From positions 20,646,001-20,710,000 of the forward strand of contig NC_092352.1 in the NCBI RefSeq assembly GCF_963676685.1: a stretch of DNA of 64,000 bases, given 5' to 3'. The DNA comes from Mytilus edulis. Its lineage: Eukaryota. A program made the position numbers and the translations under genes. This document shows positions 37,498-49,484 of this stretch, one piece after another. Within the stretch, counting starts at the first letter, position 1, and every line of letters begins with the position of its first letter. The notes below the pieces were generated by a model. That model saw only the letters and a list, made by a program, of their open reading frames with translations. It was not told the origin of the DNA and made no database searches.

Positions 37498-40400
37498 AAA
37501 TAAAGGCAACAGTAGTATACCGCTGTTCGAAATTCATAAATCTATAGAGAAAAAAAAATCCGAGTTACAAACTAAAACTGAGGGAAACACATCAATTATA
37601 AGAGAACTACGACACAACAGAAACACAACATTAAAATGTAACACACACAGAAACGAACTATAATATAACAATGGCCATTTCCCTGACTTGGTACAGGGCA
37701 TTTTAAGATAAAAATGGTGGGTTGAACCTGGTTTTGTGGCATGCCAAACCTCCAGCTTTAATGGCAATGTTAATTATAACATTAAAATGACAATATTACA
37801 TTACAAGACTACAATACAAATAAATGGGAGAAAATATAGGACAGAGAAACAAACGATTAATAGCCAACAACAGGTGCCTGGTTAAAAACGTAATACGCCA
37901 GACGCGCGCCACGTCCACACAAGACTAACCAGCGACGCCCAGATGAAAAAAGTTTGAAAGCCAAAACAAGTGCAAAGCTGAAAAGTACTGAGGACCAAAA
38001 GCTCCAAAAAGTTGTGACCAATACGGCCAGGTTTATCCATCTGGGACAAGAACATCTTTATTATTTAGAATGATACATACTTTTGCAAACAGTAAATTTT
38101 ATAAAAAGACTATATAATAGATATACATGATTAAACAGAAGTGGTGACTAGCTACAGAACAAAAACGGATAAATTACAAAAATTCACAGCCTTGTTAGCC
38201 ATAACCAGTGTTACGCTCAAAATGACGTCACATTTGAATTTCTAAAATGAGTTCCCAAAATTAAGAAAGAATTTGGATGAAATTCAAGATTAGATTTGTA
38301 TGACTTCTCTTACGTTTGTTATAAACAGTGAAAATTACAATAATAATTAATATCAAATTGTAGTGTAAATAGATAATTAATTGTATTATTTAGCTATGTC
38401 GGTGTTCTTCTGAATCAAACTGTAAACCAAATATATAGTGTAAATTACGTTGATCCAAACTAAAATCTAATAAATAAACTGGATGATCAATTGTCTTTAC
38501 CATAACACACGAATACAACAGAAAAAATAAAATGTATAACTGCAAACGTTAAGACATTTGACAAAATCCGATGACAATATCAAATATAAAATCAAAACTA
38601 AATAAATGAATTTGGGATGAAAAAGTACCGTGACACGTCTTATAGCAATGCGAATTCACACTCAGCAAAACAGTCAAAATCGGGAATAAGTCACGTTCGG
38701 TAATAAAAAGATCAGACGACGTAATGACAAACCGCAATCTAACATGTAGTAAAAATGTCCATAGTTAGTTTGGACAAAGATACATTGTATGGATCAACCA
38801 ATTCGTGATGGTGTCCGTAAAATTTGCGGAGTGTCATTTTTAATTTGTCCTCCTCATAACTTTGTTGGAGCAGTTTCTGCGTTAGGAGCACACTCCTGTA
38901 TATGAAGTCCGTATAGCGTGAACATGCACGAGAATAACGTATCAATTGAGACATGTAAACACCATACGAAGGGGCAGAGGGTATGTTACTGCTGAGAAAT
39001 GGGAAATTGATAATTGGGAAGTTGAAATCGTCCCGTTTATCATAGATTTTCGTGTGAAGTCGTCCATTTGTGTCAACATTGAGGAAAAGATCAAGGTATG
39101 AAGCAGTCCTTCTAGTATCAGTAGTATCTTTAATTTCAAGTTCACTGGGATATATGAGATGCAAGTATTGGCTGAAATATGGGTTATTCAATGATAGGAC
39201 ATCATCAATATATCGGAAAGTTAAATCAAAGAATTTCGCAAGGTGCTTTTTCTGTTTGTTTTTTAGAAGGTTTTGAATGAACTCTGCTTCATACGAGTAC
39301 AAAAACAAATCGGCTAGTAGGGGTGCACAATAAGTACCCATTGGAATACCGACTGTCTGTTGAAATATGAATCCTTCAAACTCAACAAATATATTGTCGA
39401 TCAAAAAGTCCAGCATTTTGATAATATCATCTTCAGTATATTTTCAGGTTGATTCAGTGTGGTTCTTCACAAAATATGAATTATTGTAACCCAAAACAAG
39501 AAATTTGTATCTACGGTTCCCATTTTTATAGAAAAAAGCTCTGTTTAATGAGATGGTGAAATCAATCTTTCACATGAGCATGGGGAATAGTAGTGTAAAG
39601 CGTAGAAAAATCAAAAGTCTTAATGTTGCTGCAAAATTGCAAAGATTGTGATCGAAGATTAAGCAGAAGATCTTTCGAATTTTTGAGAATCCACATCTGG
39701 TTAACACCACTGGTAGAATATATCTCATCACAATATTTTTGAAGCCCATCTTTAACTGTAGAAAGAATAGTAGTCAGTACTTTAGAAAGATGTTTAGTCG
39801 AACATTTTGATGATCCAGCTATGTATCGTTCTTTATATGGTGTTTTGTGTAGTTTTGGTATCCAGTATAATGATGGTAAATTTTCTTCGTTTTCTTTGAT
39901 GTTGATACCAAAAGAAAGAAGGACAGATTTGTGATTTTGTAAAATTTCGTCCTTGGTAAATGATGTTAGAGAATATGTAAGGTTACCAGTTGTTCTATTT
40001 ATTCTAAGCTGTGTTGTGACACATTGCAAATAATGGTTTTTACATATGAAGACAATATTATTAGAGGCTTTATCTGCTGGAACAACGACATGTTTGTCAT
40101 GCAAAGAGGATAAAGCATCCAAAACATTCGGATTCTTGAAAGGGTTCGCGCTTTACCAAATTTTTTGCATAGTCGTCAACTGCATCCATCAGTAACTTGA
40201 AGTTCTTTTTCCAGTTGATGGGCTGGGGAATTCTATATTTTTGTCTCTTGGCTAACAATTCTCTTAGTTGTTCATTGGGACGATGCCAATGTCACCACTA
40301 ATAACATGACCAGCTGGACTATAATTGTATTGGGATGATGCACATGAGCAATCCGGAGGCTTGAATTTCACATCTTTGAGGGCAAAGACCTCTAAAACCC

Positions 40401-41410
40401 TCTTGTGGTTGAAAATCTTGGATGCAATAGACTTGGTGTAAGTATAAGAAATAACAGGTGTAGCTTTATTTTTTAAGTATCAGGTATAGTTTTTTGTACA
40501 GATTTATGATGGGAAATATTGCTAATATTTACAGCATCTAAACCTTTATTGGCAAATTCTAACTTAAAAAAAATACGTTTCTCCTCATTTTTGGATGTAG
40601 TCGATACTGGTTTGAATAGTCTATGGTTAGCAATATCCATGATTATTGCAACTAATCTATACAAAACAGAACAAGAATCAGTAACAGAAGTATTTTGGGC
40701 CTCTTGAAATAGTAAAAAAAGTTTTGACAATGGAATGGAGTATAATTTAGTTCTGATATGAATTCCTTAAGGTTTTTGAACATATGTTAACAGACTATCA
40801 ATTGTCACGGTGTGCATAGTAGGTGGTATATATTTTCTGTGACCATGACTTCTATTCCGTCGAGCATAAGTATTAAATAATTGTAATGTATGGACAGTAC
40901 TACACCTGGGAATAGACAAAATATCTGCACCATCAATTTTGTCATTGCATCCATAGGGAATGGCTGTTTCCAACTCTCTTATCCAAAAGTTTTCTCTTTG
41001 TAAACGATATGGTGTACTCAATATGGGGTCATTTGTTGAATGATATATTTTCTCTATAATCCGGACTTTCATTGAAACAATAGAATGGTCAGGCTGATTG
41101 AAATGTTTATAGAGAAAATTGTTGTTATTAGGATCATTTACATTAGATCGATGATCATTTATTTTAAAATTGAGTCTTTGTCGAGTTTCCCCGACGTAGA
41201 TCAATCCACAAAGAGTACATTCAATACCGTACACAATATTGGAAGCAGTGCAATTCAAATCATCATGACTGTGTGCATTGTAACTTTTGGTGGTTAAATT
41301 ACTTTGAAAGTGGGTATCAGATATTAGTATATCACAAGTTTTACAATTTTTACGGTTACATTTGGAAATAGAGCAATATTGGTGGTTGTCATTAACTCTA
41401 AAATATCTGA
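37498..41410 (-). mobile_element. Naiad-type Penelope-like retroelement (family 1), near full length, frameshifted: Zn finger + GIY-YIG upstream of RT
   Basis: CNRKNCKTC...LNCTASNIVYGIECTLCGLIYVGET...HF (41400-40767); CSC...GHV linker; DKASNN, LYWIPKLHK, FDFSTLYTTIPH, GIPMGTYCAPLLADLFL, RYIDD, YLDL, KRDDFNF; stop at 38739; 3' region carries a hammerhead-like motif. Confidence 0.9.
37895..37940 (-). ncRNA. Degenerate hammerhead-like motif in the Naiad 3' region
   Basis: Minus strand GGGCGTCG CTGGTTA GTCT TGTGT GGAC GTGG CGCGCG TC TGGCGT; stems retained, core altered. Confidence 0.6.
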
Positions 41411-41859
41411 AAGTTGAACAGTACAGGGCCGAATAAAATAAAGATAAACAAACTTGTCTGAACTTTTATAGTACAATGAGGATTCAGAAGACTGCACATG
41501 TGTTAATCTATACCATGCTAAAATTGTTACCCCATTAATTTAAATAACATTAAGCAAATTAATTTTTTGTACATGAATATAATATTCATCAGAATTTTCA
41601 TTCTTAATCGTACGTCAGTTACATCAATTGTCAGTAAGAAAAAAATGTTCCTTCACCACGAGTTAGTGTTACAATCAATGTTGTAAGGATCCTTATGGTG
41701 ATGTTATTACAGATACCTTGAAATCGTTGAAGACAAAAGGATTTTAAACTTGTAAATTTTCCTGTAAGGTTGTCCTTATAGAATCCTTATTAATTTACAA
41801 ACGGGATACCACGTTCTTATGTTTATGTTGATGTTGTTTATAGACCTCGTACATTTAAA

Positions 41860-42030
41860 AGAGGGACGAAAGATACCAAAGGGACAGTCAAACTCATAAA
41901 TCTAAAACAAACTGACAACGCCATGGCTAAAAATGAAAAAGACAAATAGAAAAACAATAGTAAACATGACACAACATAGAAAACTAAAGAATAAACAACA
42001 CGAACCCCACCAAAAATTAGGGGTGATCTA
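41860..42030 (-). mobile_element. 3'-terminal fragment of Naiad family 2
   Basis: Near-identical to 58803-58975. Confidence 0.75.
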
Positions 42031-42537
42031 AAGATACGATCAATGTAGACTTATTGCTTTGTTGCGTAAGCTCGTTATATTCATCTTCGAAGGCACTTGT
42101 TTATTAACTTGAAGGTTTATAGATAAATTATTTTAGACTAGAATACTTCAAAGTTTTATTGGATTGTAACTTCATTTGGATATATAGTGATATACGCATG
42201 TATAATGATATTGTTGTTGAGGTGACCATATAATTTGTAAAGGTCTTACTTACTAAAGAGAGATCGAAATATGTGCAAATAAGAGCTTTGCGGACGCTTA
42301 ACCAAACACTACATATATAATTGCAAACCTAATTGTGACTTATAATGAAAGGAACATCAATTTTGCAGTCAATAACTCAAACTTGGCTTTATAACTATTT
42401 TGATCTGAGCGTCACTGATGAGTCTTATGTAGACGAAACGATCCTCTGGCGGATTAAATTATAATCCTGGTACCTTTGATAGCAATTTACACCAATAGGT
42501 CGATGCCACTGCTGGTGGACTTTCATCCCCGAAGGTA

Positions 42538-43451
42538 CATACCTGTCAACTGACCCGGATTCTGCGGGTGTGACCCGAGATTTTCACAATTCTGAGGGAT
42601 CACCCGGATCACCCGGCGGGTCATTGAAATAACACGGAAATTCCGAAAATGACCCGATTCCACCCGTATTTCTTAGCCTTGAGATTGATTTTCATAAGTA
42701 ATATTCCTTTGAAATACCGGCAAATTCGTAATTCTTCCATTAACATGCAGTTCATCTAGCTATGTAAACTGTCAAATTAAGTGACCCATTAAGTGCATGG
42801 CTTCACTTGACAGCTTTGGTATCAAACACACTGTTGATTAACACCAATTACCTTAGCTTTAGGTCGTAAATAAATTGCCCTGTTGTTTTACAAAGATATT
42901 TCAACTAAGAGTTACTTCCCCTTATTTGTCACCATTCAAAATTATTCCTTATATTTACGTTTTATGGGTGAAAAAGATTAAATCATAATAATATAAAATT
43001 CAAATACATATTGAAAAATAACTTTTCATTATTTTTATACCTTTATACAATTTTTTAAAAAAAGTTGAAAATTATTTTTTACATTTATACTTCCTTTAAC
43101 TGTATTACTATATTTTATCATAGTCTAATTTCCTTGTCAATAGTATCATTTTAAAATTTCATTTAAAAAATAAATATTAGATGATGACAAATAGTAAAGG
43201 ACATAAGACTGTGATACTCAAGTTTATAAAAATCTTTAAAAGTGTAATGAAATAATAATAAATAAGATTTAAAATGACTTAACCAAGTGAACATGCATTG
43301 ATGTTTAGGTTTCTTTGATATACATTATAAGAAAATGTACCATAAATACTGAAATTCAGCTCGAAAAAGTTCGTACGCGTTATGACCTGAGATTTGATTC
43401 TTCAATGCAGGTCATGACCTGCATTTTCATCGTCACAGGTTGACAGGTATG
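42538..43451. mobile_element. 914-bp MITE with 6-bp TSD
   Basis: TIRs CATACCTGTCAAC / GTTGACAGGTATG; TSD AAGGTA (42532-42537, 43452-43457); empty site visible in the paralog at ~21245. Confidence 0.9.
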
Positions 43452-43681
43452 AAGGTATCACCAGCCCAGTAGTCAGAACTTTGGTGTTGACATGAATATC
43501 AATTATATGGTCATTTTTATAAATTTCCTGTTACAAAACTTTGATTTTGTCGAAAAACTAAGGATTTTCTTATCCCAGGAATAGATTACCTTAGCCATAT
43601 TTGGCACCGCTTTTTGGAATTTTGGGTACTCAATGCTCTTCAACTTCGAACTAGTTTGGCTTTATAACTTTTTTGATCTCA

Positions 43682-43725
43682 GCGTCACTGATGAGTCTTA
43701 TGCAGATGAAACGCGCGTCTAGCGT
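43682..43725 (+). ncRNA. Type I minimal hammerhead ribozyme, family A
   Basis: GCGTCA CTGATGA GTCT TATGC AGAT GAAA CGCGCG TC TAGCGT; core intact. Confidence 0.8.
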
Positions 43726-44581
43726 ATTAAATTATAATCCTGGTACCTTTGATAACAACAAATAACTTAAAGATTAAGTTCATTGTTACTGAAAATAGAC
43801 GGATTTTTTTTTAACCAAAACTAGTTTCCGTATGCTTAGTAATGAAATAGACACGAAATTGCATTCCTGATTGTAAACATTGTGATTTTTTTATTAGAGA
43901 AAGTTCCATTTCCTATGTGCAAGGTTATGGTCAAAGGTTCTACAAAAATACCGAAATATACGGGAAAACTGGGTTTAGGATGCATTATATATGATTGCAA
44001 TCTTACTTGGATATGTGGTCACATGTAATAAGACGATGAATAAATGAACGCTATAGCAGTAAACCGGTGTTCAAAAGTCATATTAGTAGTAATTCGATTG
44101 AGAAAAAAACAAATCCGGTTCACAAAGCACTTAAAATAAAGCCTGGAAATCTTCATCTGATTATACACCAGTTTGAATTTCTGTTTAAAACCTGATAAAA
44201 AATATTGTTTAAGTAAGGTGAAAACAGTAAGACTCTCAATCAGTCGTTGATGTTTTAAACAAAGAAAATTATAGATTTAAAAAAAAACTATCTTAATTAA
44301 GTTGCTTATATCCCATTTGATTTGCTACAGGGCCGTGTGGCCCTCGACAATAAGCTAAACATTTACAACGTAAAAGGTCCTGATAAGAAATAATGAAGAA
44401 CAAGTTACAAGAGAGGACAAACGAATACATAATTGCTACTACAATGAACGAAAAAAAAGGCAGACAGAAAACTACTACAACCTCTGGATAAAGGGCCCTA
44501 CCTTAAATGAGACAGACAAGGTTTAATGTCGTGTGTGTGTGTGTGTGTGTGCGCGTGTAAGTAGATTTTTCTTTTCCCCAG

Positions 44582-44810
44582 AACTGAACGCAATTGATTG
44601 GAGGACGTTGTGTAAATTTTGATAGGACTAAAATTAGAGTATGTCAAGCAGAAGAATACTTTGTGTCTTTATTTGATAGCCAGCACATTCGGCAAAACTA
44701 CACAAGAAATAAAACACAACAACTAATCTACCAACGCCTTAGTTCAACCAATGTACTGTATGATGAAAAACATGTATACACAACTGACACTGTCAATCTG
44801 CTTAGCAATG
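44582..44810 (+). pseudogene. Duplicated last exon and 3' UTR of the small secreted-protein gene (probable pseudo-exon)
   Basis: Acceptor TTTTCCCCAG|AAC TGA...; IGGRCVNFDRTKIRVCQAEEY matches IGGRCVNFGRTNYRICQAGAY; shared downstream TACACAACTGACA.TGT; in-frame TGA and loss of the last Cys. Confidence 0.65.
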
Positions 44811-45297
44811 CGACAGTCAAAATGCTTCTGATCTTAAAGCTTATAAAATATAAGGCTAAGATTTAGCTAGCTATAAAACCAGGATTTATTCACCTTTTTC
44901 TTCGGAAAACGCCTGTAACAAGTTAGGTATATGGAAGTTGTTTTTCACTTCCTTGTTTTAAAGTTTGATAGCGTTTTATTTTTTTTAGTTTTTATGAACT
45001 TCTCCTTTTTAATCTGACTTAGAGTTCAGTATTTTTGTTATACGTTTTCCATAGTTTACATATTGCATGGAATTCAATACTGCTTTGATGTTAGCTAGCT
45101 TTCTCACAATGCATCAATTATTTTAAATGAACCTGGTTCATATGATGTGCCTTTATTGATTTAGCATTGCTCTCTGTAAATATGTTATCCATGGTTATCG
45201 TAAGCACTTGCATTCAGATGAAAATTAATATTACAATTGTAAATTGTGGAAATAATAGTTATGTTCTTATCATTTGTGTAAAGATACTTAATGTGTT

Positions 45298-45603
45298 TTA
45301 CATTATTACTAGTAGTGTACATAGAATAAATGTCCAGAATGAAACAATTTTTGCTGACGCGTCATTAGTACCACTCGTTATAAGAAAACTTGAAGTAGCT
45401 GTTAGACTGCCGTTGTTTGGTGCAGGTTGTATTCCCAGTATATTACAGATCATGGGATAGATATCAATACTCCTAAATGTGTTGGTTGTATAATTTTCTT
45501 TGATATTTGGACCTCTAGCCAGAAATATTGGTTTCATACTATTTAGACGGTTGTCATAACCATGTGCGCCTTTCCCATGATACGATGCTGCTTTTCGTTT
45601 GTT
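45298..45603 (-). CDS. ENPP4-7-like phosphodiesterase copy B, exon 3
   Basis: TTTCAG|AAC; GAHGYDNRLNSMKPIFLARGP, DIYPMICNILGIQPAPNNGS, Ser/Thr-rich spacer plus hydrophobic tail (GPI-signal-like). Confidence 0.92.
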   Translation of the reverse strand, partial: NKRKAASYHGKGAHGYDNRLNSMKPIFLARGPNIKENYTTNTFRSIDIYPMICNILGIQPAPNNGSLTATSSFLITSGTNDASAKIVSFWTFILCTLLVIM

Positions 45604-46460
45604 CTGAAATGAAGAAAAAAAAGCAAGTGACTTTCATTCCTGTAAAACCTTGTGTTGTAGTACAGACAAATAACAGCGAAAAATACAGACAGCGTTTGTC
45701 AGCTGTCTACCATACGTGTCAATCTGTATTCAAATAATGTTTAAAATCTATGTTTTATAATTTCATGTATTGTATTGGATGCAATTATTTCTTTCTTTCT
45801 TTCATTTTTGTGTGTGAAACCGTTTAAAAGTGTTTGTAAACAGTCACCAAGGATGTAGGTTTGACATATTGTGATTTCAAGACAAAAGCATAAAAATAAA
45901 CAGGCTACTTCGTTGTGAAATGATGATAATCTAATTAAGGAAATCTCCAATTGTTGTCTTCAAATGGAATTCGTAAGACAAAAAGCTTTTGATGTTAATA
46001 TAAATGAGATTGCACACAAATTGCTATATACTTGTATTTAGACATCACAAGCTCTTAATTGCCTCTCATATTGAAACATTTTACGAGAAACTTAACGGTA
46101 TAAATTGTCAAGTAAAAAATCCCCAAACGGAACAATTTTTTTTTTACATATGACAAAATACTAAAAACGAGGTTTCTGACTTTGGACTGATATACTTTTA
46201 TGTGGTGGATTGAAATCTATATTCTTACTATCTCTATCACATGCACTTGTCTCAGAAAAATAACCCCCTTTATAAATTGATACAATGTTGTTATTCCTCA
46301 TTCCAAACTAAAAGACAAATCGAAAGAGTAGGTATTGCTTTGTTTTCTAAAAAAAAAGAATGGTCAACGAGTATCTTGTCATAGGGAGGGATAAATCCTA
46401 CTTTGTAAGGAACCACTCTGATTCAAACAAAAAATTATCTGAAACTGACATTATCAAGAT

Positions 46461-48572
46461 AAAATTGAGAAAGGAAATGGGGAATGTGTCAAAGCGACAA
46501 CAACCCGACCATAGAGCAGACAACAGCCAAAGGCCGCCAATGGGTCTTCAATGTAGCGAGAAACTCCCGCACCCGTAGGCGTCCTTCAGCTGGCCCCTTA
46601 AAAATATGTATACTAGTACAGTGATAATGGACGTCATACTAAACTCCGAATTATAAACAAGAAACTAAAATTAAAAATAATACAAGACTAAAAAAGGCCA
46701 GAGGCTCCTGACTTGGGACAGGCGCAAAATTGCGGCGGGGTTAAACATGTTTATGAGATCTCAACCCTCCCCCTATACCTCTATCCAATGTAGAAAAGTA
46801 AACGCATAACAATACGCACATTAAAATTCAGTTCAAGAGAAGTCCGAGTCCGATGTCAGAAGATGTAACAAAAGAAAATAAATAAAATGACAATAAGACA
46901 TAAATAACAACAGACTACTAGCAGTTAACTGACATGCCAGCTCCAGACCTCAATTAAACTGATTGAAAGATTATGTCTTCATCATATGAATATCAGGCAC
47001 AATCCCTCCCATTAGTGGTTTAGTATCATACTATCATAAAATATATGAGAAGAACATAACCCGTGTCATGCCAACAAGTGGTTTTTTTTTTTAAATAAAT
47101 GTGTTTAGTTCCGATGCAAAGACCCTATAAGTGAATCAATATTTAAGCCAAAATATGCAATCTTTAATGACCTGACAACAGTATCGTAACTATATCCCTT
47201 CTTAATAAGTCTGTTTATAGGTTTTGTAAGCTTTTGAGGTGAATACTGACATTTTAGTGCTTTGTAAAGAATATTACCATAAAAGATTGGATGTGAAATA
47301 CCTGAACGTATAAGATGTCTGCATGTTGAGTTATATTTACGAATTATTTCCTTATACCGATGATAAAATTAAGTAAATGTTTTGACTAGTTTGTGATCGA
47401 AAACCCTGGTGTAATAATTTTTCAGTAATACATAAATTTCTCTAGCTAAATTATAATACGTTGTTACATACACGAGCGAATCGTACAAGTTGAGATATAT
47501 AAACACCATAAGATGGTGACAAGGGAACGTCACCATCTAAAAATGGATAATTAACGATAGGAAATGAAAAATCATCTCTTTGATCATAAATTTTTGTATT
47601 ATGATTCCCGTTAATGATATAGATATCAAGATCGAGGAAAGGGCAGTGGTCATTGTTAGTATTAGCTTTATTTAAAGCAAGTTCAACAGGATAAATTTCT
47701 TTAGTATACATACTGAAGTCGTCATTATTGAGAGCCAATATATCATCCAAATATCTAAAAGTATTGTTAAATTTTTGTATCAAATGTTGTTTCGATGGGT
47801 CTTTACTAATTTTAGTCATAAATTGTAACTCATAACAATACAAAAACAGGTCCGCAATAAGTAGTGCACAGTTAGTCCCATTGGAATTCCAATAACTTGA
47901 CGATATACGGAATCTCCAAAGCGAACAAAGATGTTATCAAGTAAAAATTCAAGCGCATATATAGTATCAAAGCATGTCCAATTGACATAGTTCTTTTGTT
48001 TATTGCTACTAAAAAAATGACCTAAAAGAGTTTGAACATATGTACTCGCATTCTGACTTTTTTTAATTTTTAAATGCCCAGTTAATTAGGGATGTGAATT
48101 TTTTCTTAATAAGAATATGAGGCAAAGTTGTATATAGGGTAAAAAATATCAAAACTTTGAACTGATTCAAAATCACCAATATATGCATGCAATTTATCAA
48201 CAACCTAATTAAAATCAAATCTCTCACTCGCTCATTTTTTAATGCTTGGTCGCTGCATGGGAGCGACCAAGCATTAAAAAATGAGCAAGTGAGAGATTTA
48301 ATGTTAATTAGATTGATTTATCAAGTACTTCCAACGAGTTTTTGACACTCCAAAAGTAATTAATTCCAATATTTTCAAAGGCCTTATTTGAACAATTTAT
48401 TATCAGGTTTTTTTTATTGTACCAAGTGTACTAGTAAGTAGAATAGACAATTTAGTAGTGGACAATGGCTTGAAGATGAAATAAATCTATATTTGTAAGG
48501 TTTTTTGTGTAACTTTGGAAGCCAGTACATAGTTGGGACTTTCATTGTATTTGGTTCTGCTTGTAAAGAAGT
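46461..48572 (-). mobile_element. Naiad-type PLE family 3 (5'-truncated RT + 3' UTR) inserted antisense in family 2
   Basis: MYWLPKLHKKPYKYRFI, GIPMGTNCALLIADLFLYCYE, FRYLDD, FLDL, YGVYISQLVRFARVC; AGAT repeated at both junctions. Confidence 0.88.
48201..48315. mobile_element. 115-bp fold-back MITE with 9-bp TSD (Mutator-like)
   Basis: Almost fully palindromic; TSD ATTTATCAA at 48192-48200 and 48316-48324; removal restores the RT text LEVLDKLHAY. Confidence 0.85.
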
Positions 48573-48973
48573 AGATGCTTGATTTCTTGATTGAAAACAT
48601 ATTTGGTACGTTTGGAGGACGTGTTTTTCAACAGACTGTCGGCATTCCAATGTGCTTCTCTTCTAGCCGACTTGTTTCTTTGTTATTATGAGGCTGGCTT
48701 CATACAGGAACTTCTTAGGAAGAAAGATAAGAAGTTAGCAACATCCTTTAACTTTACGTTCCGCTATATAGAAGAATATCGGTGAATATCAATTATATGG
48801 TCATTTTTATAAATTTCCTGTTTACAAAACTTTTGAATTTTTCGAATAACTAAGGATTTTCCTACCCGAGGAGTAGATTACCTTAGCCGTATTTGGCACC
48901 ACTTTTTGGAATTTTGGGTCCTCAATGCTCTTCAAAATTGAATTTGTTTGGCTTTTTAACTGTTTTGATCTGA

Positions 48974-49017
48974 GCGTCACTGATGAGTCTTATGTAGACG
49001 AAACGCGCGTCTGGCGT
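48974..49017 (+). ncRNA. Type I minimal hammerhead ribozyme, family A, consensus-perfect (retrozyme fragment ~48784-49051)
   Basis: Stem I GCGTCA/TGGCGT, CTGATGA, stem II GTCT/AGAC, GAAA, palindromic ACGCGCGT, GUC cleavage after 49011. Confidence 0.9.
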
Positions 49018-49440
49018 ATAAAATTATAATCCTGGTACCTTTGATAACTATTGAACGAATCTATCCAATCGAACTAGAGATAAGGATACTATAGATACAG
49101 TTAAGTATGTCTCATATTTTGACTTACATCTAGAAATAGACAATGAGAGTCGGTTGAAAACAAAACTTTACGACAAAAGAGATGATTCCAGCTTCCCAAT
49201 TGTGAACTTTCCATTCAAGCAGCGCCTGCATGCGAAGTATATATCTCCCAATTGATACGATATTCCTGCGCTTGTATGTCCTATCATAATTTCCGTGATA
49301 GAGGGTTGCTGCTCACAAGGAAGCTATTAAACCAAGAGTTCCAAATGGTGAAGTTGAAATCATCCCTTCGTGAATTACGGACACTATCACGAGTTGATTG
49401 AACGTTATGGAATAATAAAATTAACGGTACCAATTTTCTT

Positions 49441-49484
49441 GCACCAGATGCGCATTTCGACAATACATGTCTCTTCAGTGATGC
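49441..49484 (-). ncRNA. Type I minimal hammerhead ribozyme, family B (insertion ~49414-49624)
   Basis: Minus strand GCATCA CTGAAGA GACA TGTAT TGTC GAAA TGCGCA TC TGGTGC; all stems pair. Confidence 0.88.

Larger units (their letters stand above)
42381..43756 (+). mobile_element. Retrozyme-like tandem unit with two hammerheads (cores at 42415 and 43688), monomer 353 nt, interrupted by a MITE
   Basis: Direct repeat of the HHR region; 1273-nt spacing minus the 914-nt insertion and 6-nt TSD gives 353 nt. Confidence 0.85.

Noticed and set aside
38739-41410. Selenocysteine-encoding Naiad (some Naiads are reported to use UGA-Sec)
   Set aside because: The Zn-finger, CxxC and CxC cysteines I read are all TGT/TGC. 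The frame breaks are frameshifts or other stops, and I could not identify a convincing SECIS.
44582-44866. Functional alternative last exon or independent 90-aa gene
   Set aside because: In-frame TGA right after the acceptor, TTG-only start, loss of the final Cys, and no paralogous upstream exons found in 41500-44580.
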